Origin: a virus | Length of the DNA stretch: 64,000 nucleotides | Virus record (IMG/VR): IMGVR_UViG_3300042923_000502 | Coordinates: 106,563 to 170,562 of that record | Direction: 5' to 3' (one strand) | Shown: positions 17,877 to 27,366 of the stretch, one piece after another | How positions within the stretch are numbered: the stretch's first letter is position 1 | Layout of the letters: every line of letters begins with the position of its first letter | Notes under the pieces: model-generated | Database searches by the model: none | What the model saw: the letters and a program-made list of their open reading frames with translations, nothing else | Told to the model about the DNA's origin: nothing | Made by a program: the position numbers and the translations under genes

Positions 17877-20800
17877 TAATTTTCATAAGCACACTCATTA
17901 TTCAAACATCTCTACTCCAGATTGTATTGTGAAACCAGTTGATTTTGCTAAAAGAGCAAAGGAACTTGGTCACACAACACTATGTACTACGGAGCATGGA
18001 TACGCAGGAAATGTCTATGAGTATTATGATGTTGCTAAAGAATATGGTTTGAAACTTGTTTTTGGTGTAGAATTCTATTATGTTAATGATAGATTTGAAA
18101 AAGATAGATCAAACACTCACCTTATGATTGTAGCTAAAAACAATGAAGGAAAAAGAGAATTGACAAAATTGATTAGTGAGTCACACAAAACCGGATTCTA
18201 TTACAAAAATAGAATTGATAAAGAACTTGTGTTGAGTTTGAATCCAAAGAATGTTATAGTTACGTCAACGTGTGTTATGAGTTATATCGGAAAACATGAT
18301 GATTATGAAGAAAACTTTATTTGTCCTTTGCACGAACATTTTAAGGAAAATTTCTATCTAGAGATTCATGACAATGAACATATTATGCAAGTTAACTATA
18401 ATAAAAAGATTCTTGATATTCATAATAAATATGGAATCCCCTTTATTCATGCTTGTGATTCTCATTATATCTATCCAGAACAAGATAGTGATCGAACGGA
18501 ATTTCTTAATGGTAAGGGGATTCACTATGATGAAGAGGAAGGGTTTATTCTTGATTATCCAGATTCTAAAACTATATTTGAAAGATATGAAAAGCAAGGA
18601 GTGTTTACAAGAGAGCAAGTAGAATCTTCTCTTTTAAACACTTTGATTCTCGATGATTTTGAAGACATTCATATGGATAAAGAAATAAAAATGCCAAGTA
18701 TTTATCCTACATTGACTCATGAACAAAAAATGAAGAAACTTAAAGATATTATCAACGAAGAATGGGTGAAAGATAGAAAAGAAATTCCGAAAAACCAGCA
18801 TCAAAAATATATTGATGCTATTCGATTCGAAACTAAAATTATAGAAGACACGAAAATGGAAGATTACTTTCTTCTTAATTATGAAATAATAAAGAAAGCA
18901 AAAGGTAAAGGTGGTGTGTTGACTAGAACAGGTAGAGGTAGCGCTCCATCATTTTATATCAACAAACTTTTAGGATTTACCGAGATAGATAGATTGAGCG
19001 CACCAATTACATTGTATCCTACAAGATTTATGAGTAAGTCAAGAATATTAGAAACAAAGTCTTTACCAGATATAGATTTTAACACGGCATCTCCTGAACC
19101 ATTCTCAGAAGCGGCAAAAGAAGTGTTGGGTGATGATAATGTATACTATATGACAGCCTATGGCACTATGCAAGAAAGTGAAGCATTCCGCAACTATTGT
19201 CGTGCTAAAAATCTTAGGATGGAATCTTACAATGAGGTAGGAAAAGATTTGGATAAGTATCGCAATGATGGAAAATGGAAAGATATTATCAAAGAATCTG
19301 CTAAATTTATTGATGTTATTGATAGTGTCTCTCCGCATCCCTGTGCTTTTTTGTTACTATCAGAATCTATATCCGAAGAAGTTGGAATTATTAGAACAAT
19401 GAATACAACAACTAAAAAAGTCACATATTGTGCATTGATTGATAGTACGACATCGGACTATTGGAAATATCTCAAGAATGACTTCTTAACCGTAACTGTT
19501 TGGGATATCATAAGTAAAACTTTTGATATGATTAAACAGCCAATTCCTAATATACGTGAACTAAGTAGACTTGTTGAAAACGATAAGAAAGTTTGGGATT
19601 TATACGAGAAGGGATTTACTATAACGTTAAATCAAACAGGAACTAATTCGGGTACGCCACAAGTAATGCAATATAAACCAAAAAACATCCGTGAATTATC
19701 CGGTTGGGTAAGTGCAATAAGACCATCTTTTGCATCTATGAAAGAGATATTCTTAAATAGAAAACCTTTTTCATATGGAATAAAAGAGTTTGATGAAATA
19801 CTTGAAGAGTCTGATAATTTTGTATTATATCAAGAGAACATCATGGCAGCTCTAGTTTTTGCTGGATTCCCCGAAGATGAAACTTATGGTCTTCTTAAAG
19901 CTATTGCTAAAAAGAAGGAAGGGATTATTGAACCTATCCAAGATAGATTCTTGAATGGATTCATCGAAAAAACGGGAAGTAAAGAAAATGCGGAAATGGT
20001 TTGGAAGATCATTGAAGATGCAGTAGGATATGGATTTAATTCTTCACATGCTTATGCGGTAGCATTGGATAGTATTTATGGCGCTTACTTGAAGGCAAAT
20101 TATCCTTTAGCTTATTTCACTGTAGTATTGAATCAATATGAGAATGACACGAAGATGACTGGTAAAATATCAAATGAATTACCTCACTTTGGAATAAAGA
20201 TTGCTCCAATTAAGTTCGGAAAATCAAGAGGACATTATTCTCCAAATGAAGACGACAATTCAATCGTCAAGGGAATAAAATCAGTAAAATTCCTAAACAA
20301 CATTATTGCAGATGAATTGTTCTTTTTGGGATTAAACAAATATGACACATTCATTGATTTACTCATTGATATCAAAGAGAAGACTTCTTGTGATGCGAGA
20401 CAACTTAATATATTAACAAGACTAGATTTCTTTTCTGATTTTGGAAAAAAAGAAGAATTGCTTGCAATTATAAAAGAATTCTCCGATGGGAAGAACCGAT
20501 ATAGTCCTACTCATAAAGAAGCGACAAAAATAAAAAGGAGATTGGGTCTTTATGAATACGAAAAGGCAGTTTTTAATGGAGAAATTGAGCTATCATTTTT
20601 TACTCCAATAGAGACAGTTCTTTTTGAGAAAGAGTATTGTGGATTCATCTCTAGCACATTCCCCGAAATTAACGGAAGAGTTGTAGGTGTACTTGATATT
20701 GATATGAAGTATACTCCTAAGATTAGTTGCTACATCTTTAAATCGGGAGAGTTGTTCGAATTCAAGGTAAAGAAAGATAAGTTCTTTGGAAGAAAGGACA

Positions 20801-20946
20801 TCGAAGCATTTGAAACGGGTGATATGATCAAGATTTTGGCAATCTCTGAAAGAGAGAAGAACAAGAAGGTAGATGATAAGTGGGTCAAAACCGGAGAAAT
20901 GGAATATTACTTGGAAAAATGTGCAAGATACCGCTTGACAAAATGA
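17866..20946 (+). CDS. dnaE: DNA polymerase III alpha subunit (family C, PHP domain)
   Basis: HKHTHYS, TEHG, DSHY, GRGS, PDIDF, KNDFL, YQE, YGFNSSHA. Confidence 0.95.
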   Translation: MRYNNFHKHTHYSNISTPDCIVKPVDFAKRAKELGHTTLCTTEHGYAGNVYEYYDVAKEYGLKLVFGVEFYYVNDRFEKDRSNTHLMIVAKNNEGKRELTKLISESHKTGFYYKNRIDKELVLSLNPKNVIVTSTCVMSYIGKHDDYEENFICPLHEHFKENFYLEIHDNEHIMQVNYNKKILDIHNKYGIPFIHACDSHYIYPEQDSDRTEFLNGKGIHYDEEEGFILDYPDSKTIFERYEKQGVFTREQVESSLLNTLILDDFEDIHMDKEIKMPSIYPTLTHEQKMKKLKDIINEEWVKDRKEIPKNQHQKYIDAIRFETKIIEDTKMEDYFLLNYEIIKKAKGKGGVLTRTGRGSAPSFYINKLLGFTEIDRLSAPITLYPTRFMSKSRILETKSLPDIDFNTASPEPFSEAAKEVLGDDNVYYMTAYGTMQESEAFRNYCRAKNLRMESYNEVGKDLDKYRNDGKWKDIIKESAKFIDVIDSVSPHPCAFLLLSESISEEVGIIRTMNTTTKKVTYCALIDSTTSDYWKYLKNDFLTVTVWDIISKTFDMIKQPIPNIRELSRLVENDKKVWDLYEKGFTITLNQTGTNSGTPQVMQYKPKNIRELSGWVSAIRPSFASMKEIFLNRKPFSYGIKEFDEILEESDNFVLYQENIMAALVFAGFPEDETYGLLKAIAKKKEGIIEPIQDRFLNGFIEKTGSKENAEMVWKIIEDAVGYGFNSSHAYAVALDSIYGAYLKANYPLAYFTVVLNQYENDTKMTGKISNELPHFGIKIAPIKFGKSRGHYSPNEDDNSIVKGIKSVKFLNNIIADELFFLGLNKYDTFIDLLIDIKEKTSCDARQLNILTRLDFFSDFGKKEELLAIIKEFSDGKNRYSPTHKEATKIKRRLGLYEYEKAVFNGEIELSFFTPIETVLFEKEYCGFISSTFPEINGRVVGVLDIDMKYTPKISCYIFKSGELFEFKVKKDKFFGRKDIEAFETGDMIKILAISEREKNKKVDDKWVKTGEMEYYLEKCARYRLTK

Positions 20947-20963
20947 CAAATGTAAGATAAAAT
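20935..20963 (+). promoter_or_regulatory. Promoter with the repeated motif over the -10
   Basis: TTGACA-17-TAAAAT; motif at 20947-20963. Confidence 0.75.
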
Positions 20964-20990
20964 AAAAAGACAAACTAAACGGGAGGACTT

Positions 20991-21281
20991 ATGACTAAAG
21001 AAGATGACAAAGAGATACTAACACTCATAAGAGAACTTGCGCAAAAAGATGTAGTTATAAATACACTATTAAAAGTATCGGAAGTTAATGTTCGAATGGA
21101 AATGGTTGGAGAGAGAGTAAGTAAAGAATTCTTGGATGATCGAATTGTTTCACATGAATTGAAAACCTTGATTAAATCTATACTTTCTTTCCAATCAAAT
21201 AGAATTGAAGGATTATATGAAGACTTAAAATTTGCTCAAGCAAACATGGTGATCAATCCAGTATTTTTGAAGAGCGAATAA
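20991..21281 (+). CDS. Hypothetical protein
   Basis: ORF with gggagg RBS. Confidence 0.75.
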   Translation: MTKEDDKEILTLIRELAQKDVVINTLLKVSEVNVRMEMVGERVSKEFLDDRIVSHELKTLIKSILSFQSNRIEGLYEDLKFAQANMVINPVFLKSE

Positions 21282-21286
21282 GCTAT

Positions 21287-21340
21287 TTATTGGGATTAGA
21301 GTCGTTTACACTTCAAAAGTGCGATTTTTAATCCCAATAA
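21287..21340. repeat. Long imperfect inverted repeat
   Basis: ttattgggattagagtcg ... cgatttttaatcccaataa. Confidence 0.7.
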
Positions 21341-21367
21341 CTTTCTAGGATTTGAGAGGTCAAACTT

Positions 21368-21393
21368 ATAGATAAAATCTATATTTTATCTAT
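21368..21393. repeat. Palindrome ATAGATAAAA-N6-TTTTATCTAT, copy 1
   Basis: Perfect 10-bp arms, spacer TCTATA. Confidence 0.85.
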
Positions 21394-21524
21394 CGCTAAA
21401 ACCAAAATTGAGAGGGTGGACAAAAATGTCGGATTACGGTGGCAAGAATGGTTTGCAAATTCTTATATTGCCACAAGTTGACAATGAACAATGGGAACAA
21501 AATTAAATCAAAGGAGAATGTAAA

Positions 21525-22022
21525 ATGGTAAAAATGTATTTGATTAAATTTGATGGTAAGTCTTCTAATTATTTCAAAAATGGCGAAACATATGTCGGAA
21601 GAACAGGTAAAGATGGAGCAATTTACATGTTCAATGACAAGGGATATTGGTCGCTTGCTATTAATCAACAAATGACTAGAGCAAATCTCATTAAGCCAAT
21701 TGATATTGAAAAAGTGTTCTACGTTAACAATCACAAGGAAGCTCTTTCATATCCTCAAATTCCAAAAACTAATTGGGGGATTGATCTTAAAAGAATACGT
21801 GATGGAGAAGAGTTTACATTTATTCGTCCAGCAATAAGAGCTTATTATGGTTTTGATGTTATCTATACTGCAAGAATGGGAGCACTTGATACTATTCACA
21901 CATCATGGGATGACCCAGATACAAATAAACCAGTGTCCTATATGGAAGAAAATGCATATGATGAATTAATTGATATGATTAAAAATGGAGATTGGATTAT
22001 CACACAAAAGGAGAGTGTATAA
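21525..22022 (+). CDS. Hypothetical protein
   Basis: ORF with aaggag RBS. Confidence 0.75.
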   Translation: MVKMYLIKFDGKSSNYFKNGETYVGRTGKDGAIYMFNDKGYWSLAINQQMTRANLIKPIDIEKVFYVNNHKEALSYPQIPKTNWGIDLKRIRDGEEFTFIRPAIRAYYGFDVIYTARMGALDTIHTSWDDPDTNKPVSYMEENAYDELIDMIKNGDWIITQKESV

Positions 22023-22024
22023 AT

Positions 22025-22384
22025 ATGATAGAAGTTTATTGGAATTATTCGGACATTAAAGAACTATCAGAGGAATGTAATGATGCTATTTTTATCACGG
22101 ATAGTGAAGATGAAGGAATGTCAATTGGAATTAATGATATTGATACAATCATTGACGGATTAAATAGAATGAAAGTTGAATGGGAACAAAGACACTATCT
22201 TAAAGAACTTCCAAAAAAATTCCAATTTGTCGTTGGTTCTAATTCAAAAATATATCAAGCAAAATTGTTGGATGGAAATGTTATTGTAATGTGGATAGAA
22301 GATGACATGACACCTGATGGTTATATTTACAACGAAAAGGATGTATTGGAACGCATTAATAGAAAGTCTTGGACTATCCTATGA
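22025..22384 (+). CDS. Hypothetical protein
   Basis: ORF; ATG at 22025. Confidence 0.7.
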   Translation: MIEVYWNYSDIKELSEECNDAIFITDSEDEGMSIGINDIDTIIDGLNRMKVEWEQRHYLKELPKKFQFVVGSNSKIYQAKLLDGNVIVMWIEDDMTPDGYIYNEKDVLERINRKSWTIL

Positions 22385-22626
22385 TCAAGATAACTCTTAA
22401 TAAACATGGCAACATTGAAAAGGTCGAATTACCTACAGGTGAAATAGAAAAACGTAATTATGGCAACTTGTCCAACTTACTTATTCTTGAACCACATGAA
22501 GGTGAACCATTTGCAATGTACAATCACAAAGACGAGATTCAATTTGAAGCAATTCTTCTTGAGGTGATATCAAAGCATAGAATTCTTTATGATATTACTT
22601 TAAAATATGTTGAAGACGAGGAGTGA
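22381..22626 (+). CDS. Hypothetical protein
   Basis: ATGA overlap with upstream gene. Confidence 0.65.
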   Translation: MIKITLNKHGNIEKVELPTGEIEKRNYGNLSNLLILEPHEGEPFAMYNHKDEIQFEAILLEVISKHRILYDITLKYVEDEE

Positions 22627-22632
22627 TGGTAT

Positions 22633-22932
22633 GTGTGTGTTGAAAAACCGTCAATCAGACCTCCTATGAGCATAGAGCGGTCTACAGAAATACCTATAAA
22701 AAGACCAACTATGCGTTATGAAACACATTATTATGCCACGGGAGGTAAAGGAAATCCAAAATTAATAGGGTGGTCGCGTGGTACTCAACAAGAGAAAGAA
22801 AATGCAACGAATGACCATTTGCCTTATCGCCCAAGTCTCAAAAAGGAATACAATTACAATCATTCTCTTACCGTTGTGCCAATCACAATTAATAGAAGAG
22901 GAAGAATAATAAGATACAAATCACACAACTAA
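22633..22932 (+). CDS. Basic hypothetical protein
   Basis: ORF fills the gap; start uncertain. Confidence 0.55.
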   Translation: MCVEKPSIRPPMSIERSTEIPIKRPTMRYETHYYATGGKGNPKLIGWSRGTQQEKENATNDHLPYRPSLKKEYNYNHSLTVVPITINRRGRIIRYKSHN

Positions 22933-22945
22933 AGGGGAATACAAC

Positions 22946-23533
22946 ATGTCAAACATTGTCAACTCTCAGTACCAAAATCGTACACTTATGCTTAGTGATT
23001 ACGTGGATTCAAATTCGGTTAAAGATTTAATTTACAAGATTGTAAGTATTAACATGCAAGATGATTACTTGGAAAGAACAATTCAAGGCTATAAACGTCA
23101 AGCAATCATTCTGATTGTCAATTCGTTTGGTGGAAGCGTTTATGACGGATTCGGTCTTGTTGGTGCAATTGAAATGAGCGCCACTCCAGTCTACACCGTT
23201 TGCCTTGGAAGTGCTATGAGCATGGGCTTCATCATCTTTTCGGCTGGTCATCAACGCATGATTCATGAACTTAGCACACTAATGTACCATGAGGTTTCTA
23301 ACTTTGTACATGGTAAGATGACTGAAATTGCTAAAGATATGGAGGAAATGGAAAGACTTCAAATGCAATATGATTACTACATCCTTGAGAAGACTAAAAT
23401 TGGAGGTCATCAATTGGACAATGTAAAAGCCGCTAAAGACGATTGGTATATTGACGCTCACGAAGCGGTAAAACTTGGAATTGCAGATAATGTAATTCTC
23501 ATTGGTCAACAAGTGACTTGGAGCGAAGAGTAA
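22946..23533 (+). CDS. clpP: ClpP-family protease subunit
   Basis: VNSFGGSVYDG, GSAMSMG (catalytic Ser), MYHE (His), DWY..A.EAVKLGIAD. Confidence 0.88.
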   Translation: MSNIVNSQYQNRTLMLSDYVDSNSVKDLIYKIVSINMQDDYLERTIQGYKRQAIILIVNSFGGSVYDGFGLVGAIEMSATPVYTVCLGSAMSMGFIIFSAGHQRMIHELSTLMYHEVSNFVHGKMTEIAKDMEEMERLQMQYDYYILEKTKIGGHQLDNVKAAKDDWYIDAHEAVKLGIADNVILIGQQVTWSEE

Positions 23534-23598
23534 CAAATAGAAGATAAAATAAAAAAAGGAGAGGTCAATCCTCTCCTTAAAACATTGGAGGAATATTA

Positions 23599-24165
23599 GT
23601 GACTAATAACAAAGGCAATTACATTCTTACTTATACATTGAAAAAGTTTTATGCTATTGATCCACAACCTGAATCGTTTTGCCTTGAAGACATTTTTCAT
23701 GCTTTAAGTGGAAACAACCGCTTTACTTCTCATGGTAGAGCAAGAGACTATACCGTTGGTGAGCATACGGTACGTGGAGTTTGGTTGGCTAGTCAATTAA
23801 AAATGAGCAAAGAAGTTCAAAAGTGTTTTTTGCTTCATGATTTCTCGGAAGCATATCTCAATGACATTGCAGCACCATTCAAAGCACTACTTCCAGATTA
23901 TATCAAGCTTGAAGAAATGGTACAAAATGCCATCTACACAAAATATCTTGGATATATTCCAGATGAAGAATTTTACAAGGATGTTAAATTCATTGATCAA
24001 ATGATGCTTATCAATGAAATGGAACAAATCATGCAACCTACGGAACCATGGGAAAGACCAAATATTGGTGAAACAATTCACATTAATCTTGATGACTCTA
24101 TGAATAAAAATCAAATTAAATTCTATCTTAATAGTTTGGCTAAACATTTGGAGGTACATGACTAA
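23599..24165 (+). CDS. HD-domain 5'-deoxynucleotidase (YfbR/YfdR-like)
   Basis: DIFHALS..RF..H, YTVGEH, LLHDFSEAYLND..PFK. Confidence 0.85.
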   Translation: MTNNKGNYILTYTLKKFYAIDPQPESFCLEDIFHALSGNNRFTSHGRARDYTVGEHTVRGVWLASQLKMSKEVQKCFLLHDFSEAYLNDIAAPFKALLPDYIKLEEMVQNAIYTKYLGYIPDEEFYKDVKFIDQMMLINEMEQIMQPTEPWERPNIGETIHINLDDSMNKNQIKFYLNSLAKHLEVHD

Positions 24166-24758
24166 TGAAAACAAATAACACTTTATTCATTATTAGCGCT
24201 CCTTCTGGAAGTGGTAAGACATCTATCATGCGTAAGGTCATGGGTAACAAGCGAGAGATTCTTAGCTATACTACAAGACCAATGAGAGATAACGAAGAGG
24301 ATGGCGTAGACTACAACTTCATCACGAAAGAACTTTTCGAAGCTATTGATGCTACAGGTGATATGATTGAGAAGACTCAATATCCGCCAAATGATCCTAA
24401 TGGCAACTTCTATGGAGTGTCTTGGGATTCCGTTAAGTCTAAGCTTAAAAAAGGTGATGCATTTATCGTTGCAGATACACATGGTATGGAGCAATTGAAA
24501 GCAATTCACAACAATTGTGTAACTATCTGGATTTACACTTCAAAAGATGATGCAATTGCCAATATGCTTACACGTGGAGATAGCTCTGAGAACATTAAGA
24601 AAAGAATGCAAACATTTGATTTAGAACAAACTAATCGTACAAAGTATGATTACATTATCACTAACAATTATGGAAGAATGAAAGATACGATTAAAATCAT
24701 CAAGGCAATTGTCAAAACGAAAAGAGGTAATAAGAATGGCTCTAGGAATTCAAAATAG
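24165..24758 (+). CDS. gmk: Guanylate kinase
   Basis: SAPSGSGKT, SYTTRPMR.E.DGVDYNF, FYG. Confidence 0.92.
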   Translation: MKTNNTLFIISAPSGSGKTSIMRKVMGNKREILSYTTRPMRDNEEDGVDYNFITKELFEAIDATGDMIEKTQYPPNDPNGNFYGVSWDSVKSKLKKGDAFIVADTHGMEQLKAIHNNCVTIWIYTSKDDAIANMLTRGDSSENIKKRMQTFDLEQTNRTKYDYIITNNYGRMKDTIKIIKAIVKTKRGNKNGSRNSK

Positions 24759-25293
24759 AACTGATGGTTTTGCATTTGAAAAGTATTTCATGAAATACGT
24801 AGAACATCATGGATTTGAAGTTGAACGAAATGATAAAAATGACTTAACAAGAGCTGACTTCATGTTACAAATTCCTGTTGATCCAAAAGTAAGAAAGTCT
24901 CCTTTCTTTTTGGCAATGAAGCATCACAGACTTGATCCTTCAAAATTGGTAACTATTGATCTTCCAAAGATTAATAGTTACCTCAAACATGGCAAGAATG
25001 CTTTTCTCCTTGTCTATGTCGATTATCGTCCTCACTTTGAAACAAGAGGATTGTATATCATATCAGCACGTAGAGTAAAAGAGATAAGTAAAACGTATCT
25101 ACGAAGTGGTACACATATGGACAATGAGAAAAATAAGTTAATACCAAGAGCTTATATTAGTGTCGATGAAATGTGGAATGTTTCAAGATTTGCTAATTTA
25201 GATCGCATTGACGAATATCTTGAACAAACAGCGATTAAAGAAGAAGAAAAGAGGTTGAGAAGACTTGAGAAGCGCCAAAAATTATCAAGTTAA
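24736..25293 (+). CDS. Hypothetical protein, possible PD-(D/E)xK nuclease fold
   Basis: G..FE, ADF, DPK motif spacing. Confidence 0.6.
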   Translation: MALGIQNRTDGFAFEKYFMKYVEHHGFEVERNDKNDLTRADFMLQIPVDPKVRKSPFFLAMKHHRLDPSKLVTIDLPKINSYLKHGKNAFLLVYVDYRPHFETRGLYIISARRVKEISKTYLRSGTHMDNEKNKLIPRAYISVDEMWNVSRFANLDRIDEYLEQTAIKEEEKRLRRLEKRQKLSS

Positions 25294-25459
25294 ATATAAT
25301 AATCATTATGAAACATGGATTGAAGCAAGGGCAAGCAATTGGATGACGAAAGAAGAAGTAATAGACTATCTTAAAAATAGTAACAAGGTAAATTCCAAAT
25401 ATGCTAAAGACATAAGAGTGATCCAACATGTTGATGTAACGCATGAATTTTACTCTTGA
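25265..25459 (+). CDS. Small hypothetical protein
   Basis: TTG-start ORF filling the gap before a promoter. Confidence 0.45.
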   Translation: MRSAKNYQVKYNNHYETWIEARASNWMTKEEVIDYLKNSNKVNSKYAKDIRVIQHVDVTHEFYS

Positions 25460-25484
25460 CAAATATAAGATAAAATGATATAAT
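25456..25484 (+). promoter_or_regulatory. sigmaA promoter overlapping the repeated motif
   Basis: TTGACA-17-TATAAT with extended TG; CAAATATAAGATAAAAT at 25460-25476. Confidence 0.85.
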
Positions 25485-25557
25485 AGTAATATATCCAAGG
25501 GGAGTCGCTAACGCGGCTTCTCTGTTTTTGTTTGTAGAATAAAAGGAGAAAATAGTC

Positions 25558-26127
25558 ATGGAATTAAAGTTAAGAATACCTTTGCCAACGTCTTTAAATA
25601 AGTTGTATGTAAATCAGTATAAGTATAATGCACGTACAAAGAAGAATGAACCAACTGGTGCTAGAGTGTTAAGCAAGGAAGGAAAGTTGTCTAAAGCACT
25701 TATTCAAAAAGCCGCTAAAAATCAAATGAAAAAGCAGAAGTGGGATTATGAGTATACTAAGGATAATTACATATATTTAGATTCTATAATATACTTCAAC
25801 AAAAAAGGGCGCGACGATAACAATCTGTATAAATTATTATGTGATGCGCTAGAAAAAATTGTTTATGACAATGATAGTCGTGTTCTCATTAGAACAATGA
25901 AAATATTCTATGATGCTGAAAATCCACGTATGGAGCTTCATATTCATCCCGTAGAGTATATTGGAATCTTTGACGATCAATCTTGCTTAGATAAATTTGA
26001 AAGCGTTTGCAAGAATTGTAGTAGATACGCTAGAAATTGTTCGATCTTAAACAAAGCTAAGGAAGGTCGAATTCAAGAGGAAATTGATTCAACATTTACA
26101 TGTTCTAAATTTAAAGAAAAGAAATAA
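25558..26127 (+). CDS. rusA: RusA-family Holliday junction resolvase
   Basis: PTSLN, RDDNNLYKLLCDAL..YDNDS; C-terminal Cys cluster. Confidence 0.85.
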   Translation: MELKLRIPLPTSLNKLYVNQYKYNARTKKNEPTGARVLSKEGKLSKALIQKAAKNQMKKQKWDYEYTKDNYIYLDSIIYFNKKGRDDNNLYKLLCDALEKIVYDNDSRVLIRTMKIFYDAENPRMELHIHPVEYIGIFDDQSCLDKFESVCKNCSRYARNCSILNKAKEGRIQEEIDSTFTCSKFKEKK

Positions 26128-26150
26128 ATAAAGGGAGAATAAAGAATTAA

Positions 26151-26190
26151 TAAAAAAGACGATATGCTAATTAGCATATCGTCTTTTTTA
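26151..26190. terminator. Bidirectional terminator at the convergence of the two arms
   Basis: taaaaaagacgatatgcta / tagcatatcgtctttttta perfect palindrome. Confidence 0.9.
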
Positions 26191-26583
26191 TTAATTCTTT
26201 ATGAGCTGATTAACGGCAGCTTCGATTCCAATCTCAATCAGAGACTTGTTAGCATCAGTAAGTTCAAAGTTAAGCTTTTCTAATACGCCAATTGTTAACT
26301 TTACAGCTAACGCTTTCTTAACCTCTCCATTATCATTCACACTAATTTGTTCTACATATTGGACAACCTTTTGACAAATGCCAAATACTGTATCAATTTG
26401 ATTCTTTGTCTTGTCGTTCTCAAAGTCAATGTTTTGTAAAACAAGACCAATCAATTGTACAATTTGCTCTGCTGTGTCATTTGATGCCTTTGTTAAATAT
26501 CCTTTCTTTTGAAGCCATGGAACACCAATGAATCCAATTAAAAGAACTACAATTGCTACACCAATTATAATAGCCAATTCCAT
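26191..26583 (-). CDS. Holin-like protein (single N-terminal TM)
   Basis: N-terminal TM, VQYVEQ and IEAAV motifs; next to endolysin. Confidence 0.65.
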   Translation of the reverse strand: MELAIIIGVAIVVLLIGFIGVPWLQKKGYLTKASNDTAEQIVQLIGLVLQNIDFENDKTKNQIDTVFGICQKVVQYVEQISVNDNGEVKKALAVKLTIGVLEKLNFELTDANKSLIEIGIEAAVNQLIKN

Positions 26584-26598
26584 AATGTTTTATCCTCC

Positions 26599-27360
26599 TT
26601 ATTTACCTTTCTTTACATCTTCTATTCTTGCATTAAGTCTCCGCATCATTTCAAAGAATAACCAATTTTGAGTTGATTCACCTAAACGTGGCAACCAATA
26701 GTCAGGACTATCAATCAATCCTTCCGCAACAAGCGTCTTAATTGCCGCTGTTCCGATTGTTTCTTGTGATTTTGTAATAGACACTTTACTTCCTCCTTCA
26801 TTTGTAGGTACTTTAACAATTGGTGGATTCATCTCTTCGTTTACCGAAAGCTTAAAATTGTTCCACTCTAACGGATTATCAACATAGTATTTGTGACAAT
26901 CCTTCCAATTAACAACTTCCTTATGTAGCCATAAATCCTTATAAGTAAGTCCATACTTCTTCAATAAAAAAGCAGCCAACTCTACGGTAGCATGAAAAGT
27001 TTCAAGTGTAGGCTTACCTGTTGCGTCTGGATGACACATTTCAATTCCTATAGTGCAGTCATTGGGATATGAGCTAAGGCGACTTAGAGCGGCACTAGCA
27101 TAAGGCTCTGTTGATCCTACATGATAAGCCATTTCATCATATGGTAAACATTGAATGATTTCACCTTTTAATCCTACAATAAAATGAGCGCTACCAAAAT
27201 TAGTCTTTCCTAATTTTCTATTCTCAAAGAAATTGCGATTTGCAACTGCAGTACTCTTTGGATTTGCTACCCAATGTATAACAACTCCCTTAATTTTATT
27301 GACTTTTTTTTGTGGTCTAGACCATTTATTAGGAGTCAATAACATTTGTGTAATATTCAT
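26599..27360 (-). CDS. Endolysin, N-acetylmuramoyl-L-alanine amidase (Amidase_2)
   Basis: VVIHW, SAHFIVG, AYHVG, IGIEMC, H....KDC. Confidence 0.92.
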   Translation of the reverse strand: MNITQMLLTPNKWSRPQKKVNKIKGVVIHWVANPKSTAVANRNFFENRKLGKTNFGSAHFIVGLKGEIIQCLPYDEMAYHVGSTEPYASAALSRLSSYPNDCTIGIEMCHPDATGKPTLETFHATVELAAFLLKKYGLTYKDLWLHKEVVNWKDCHKYYVDNPLEWNNFKLSVNEEMNPPIVKVPTNEGGSKVSITKSQETIGTAAIKTLVAEGLIDSPDYWLPRLGESTQNWLFFEMMRRLNARIEDVKKGK

Positions 27361-27366
27361 TTTATC

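Noticed and set aside
17866-20946. Intein or intron in dnaE (also checked thyA and nrdF)
   Set aside because: Lengths are normal, frames continuous, no intein splice motifs seen
21426-21506. 26-codon ORF MSDYGGKNG
   Set aside because: Has a possible RBS but is too short and featureless to support
23599-24758. Z-genome (DatZ/PurZ) or other base-modification cluster
   Set aside because: No PurZ, Que-family or glycosyltransferase gene in the window; thyA and dut point to normal thymine DNA
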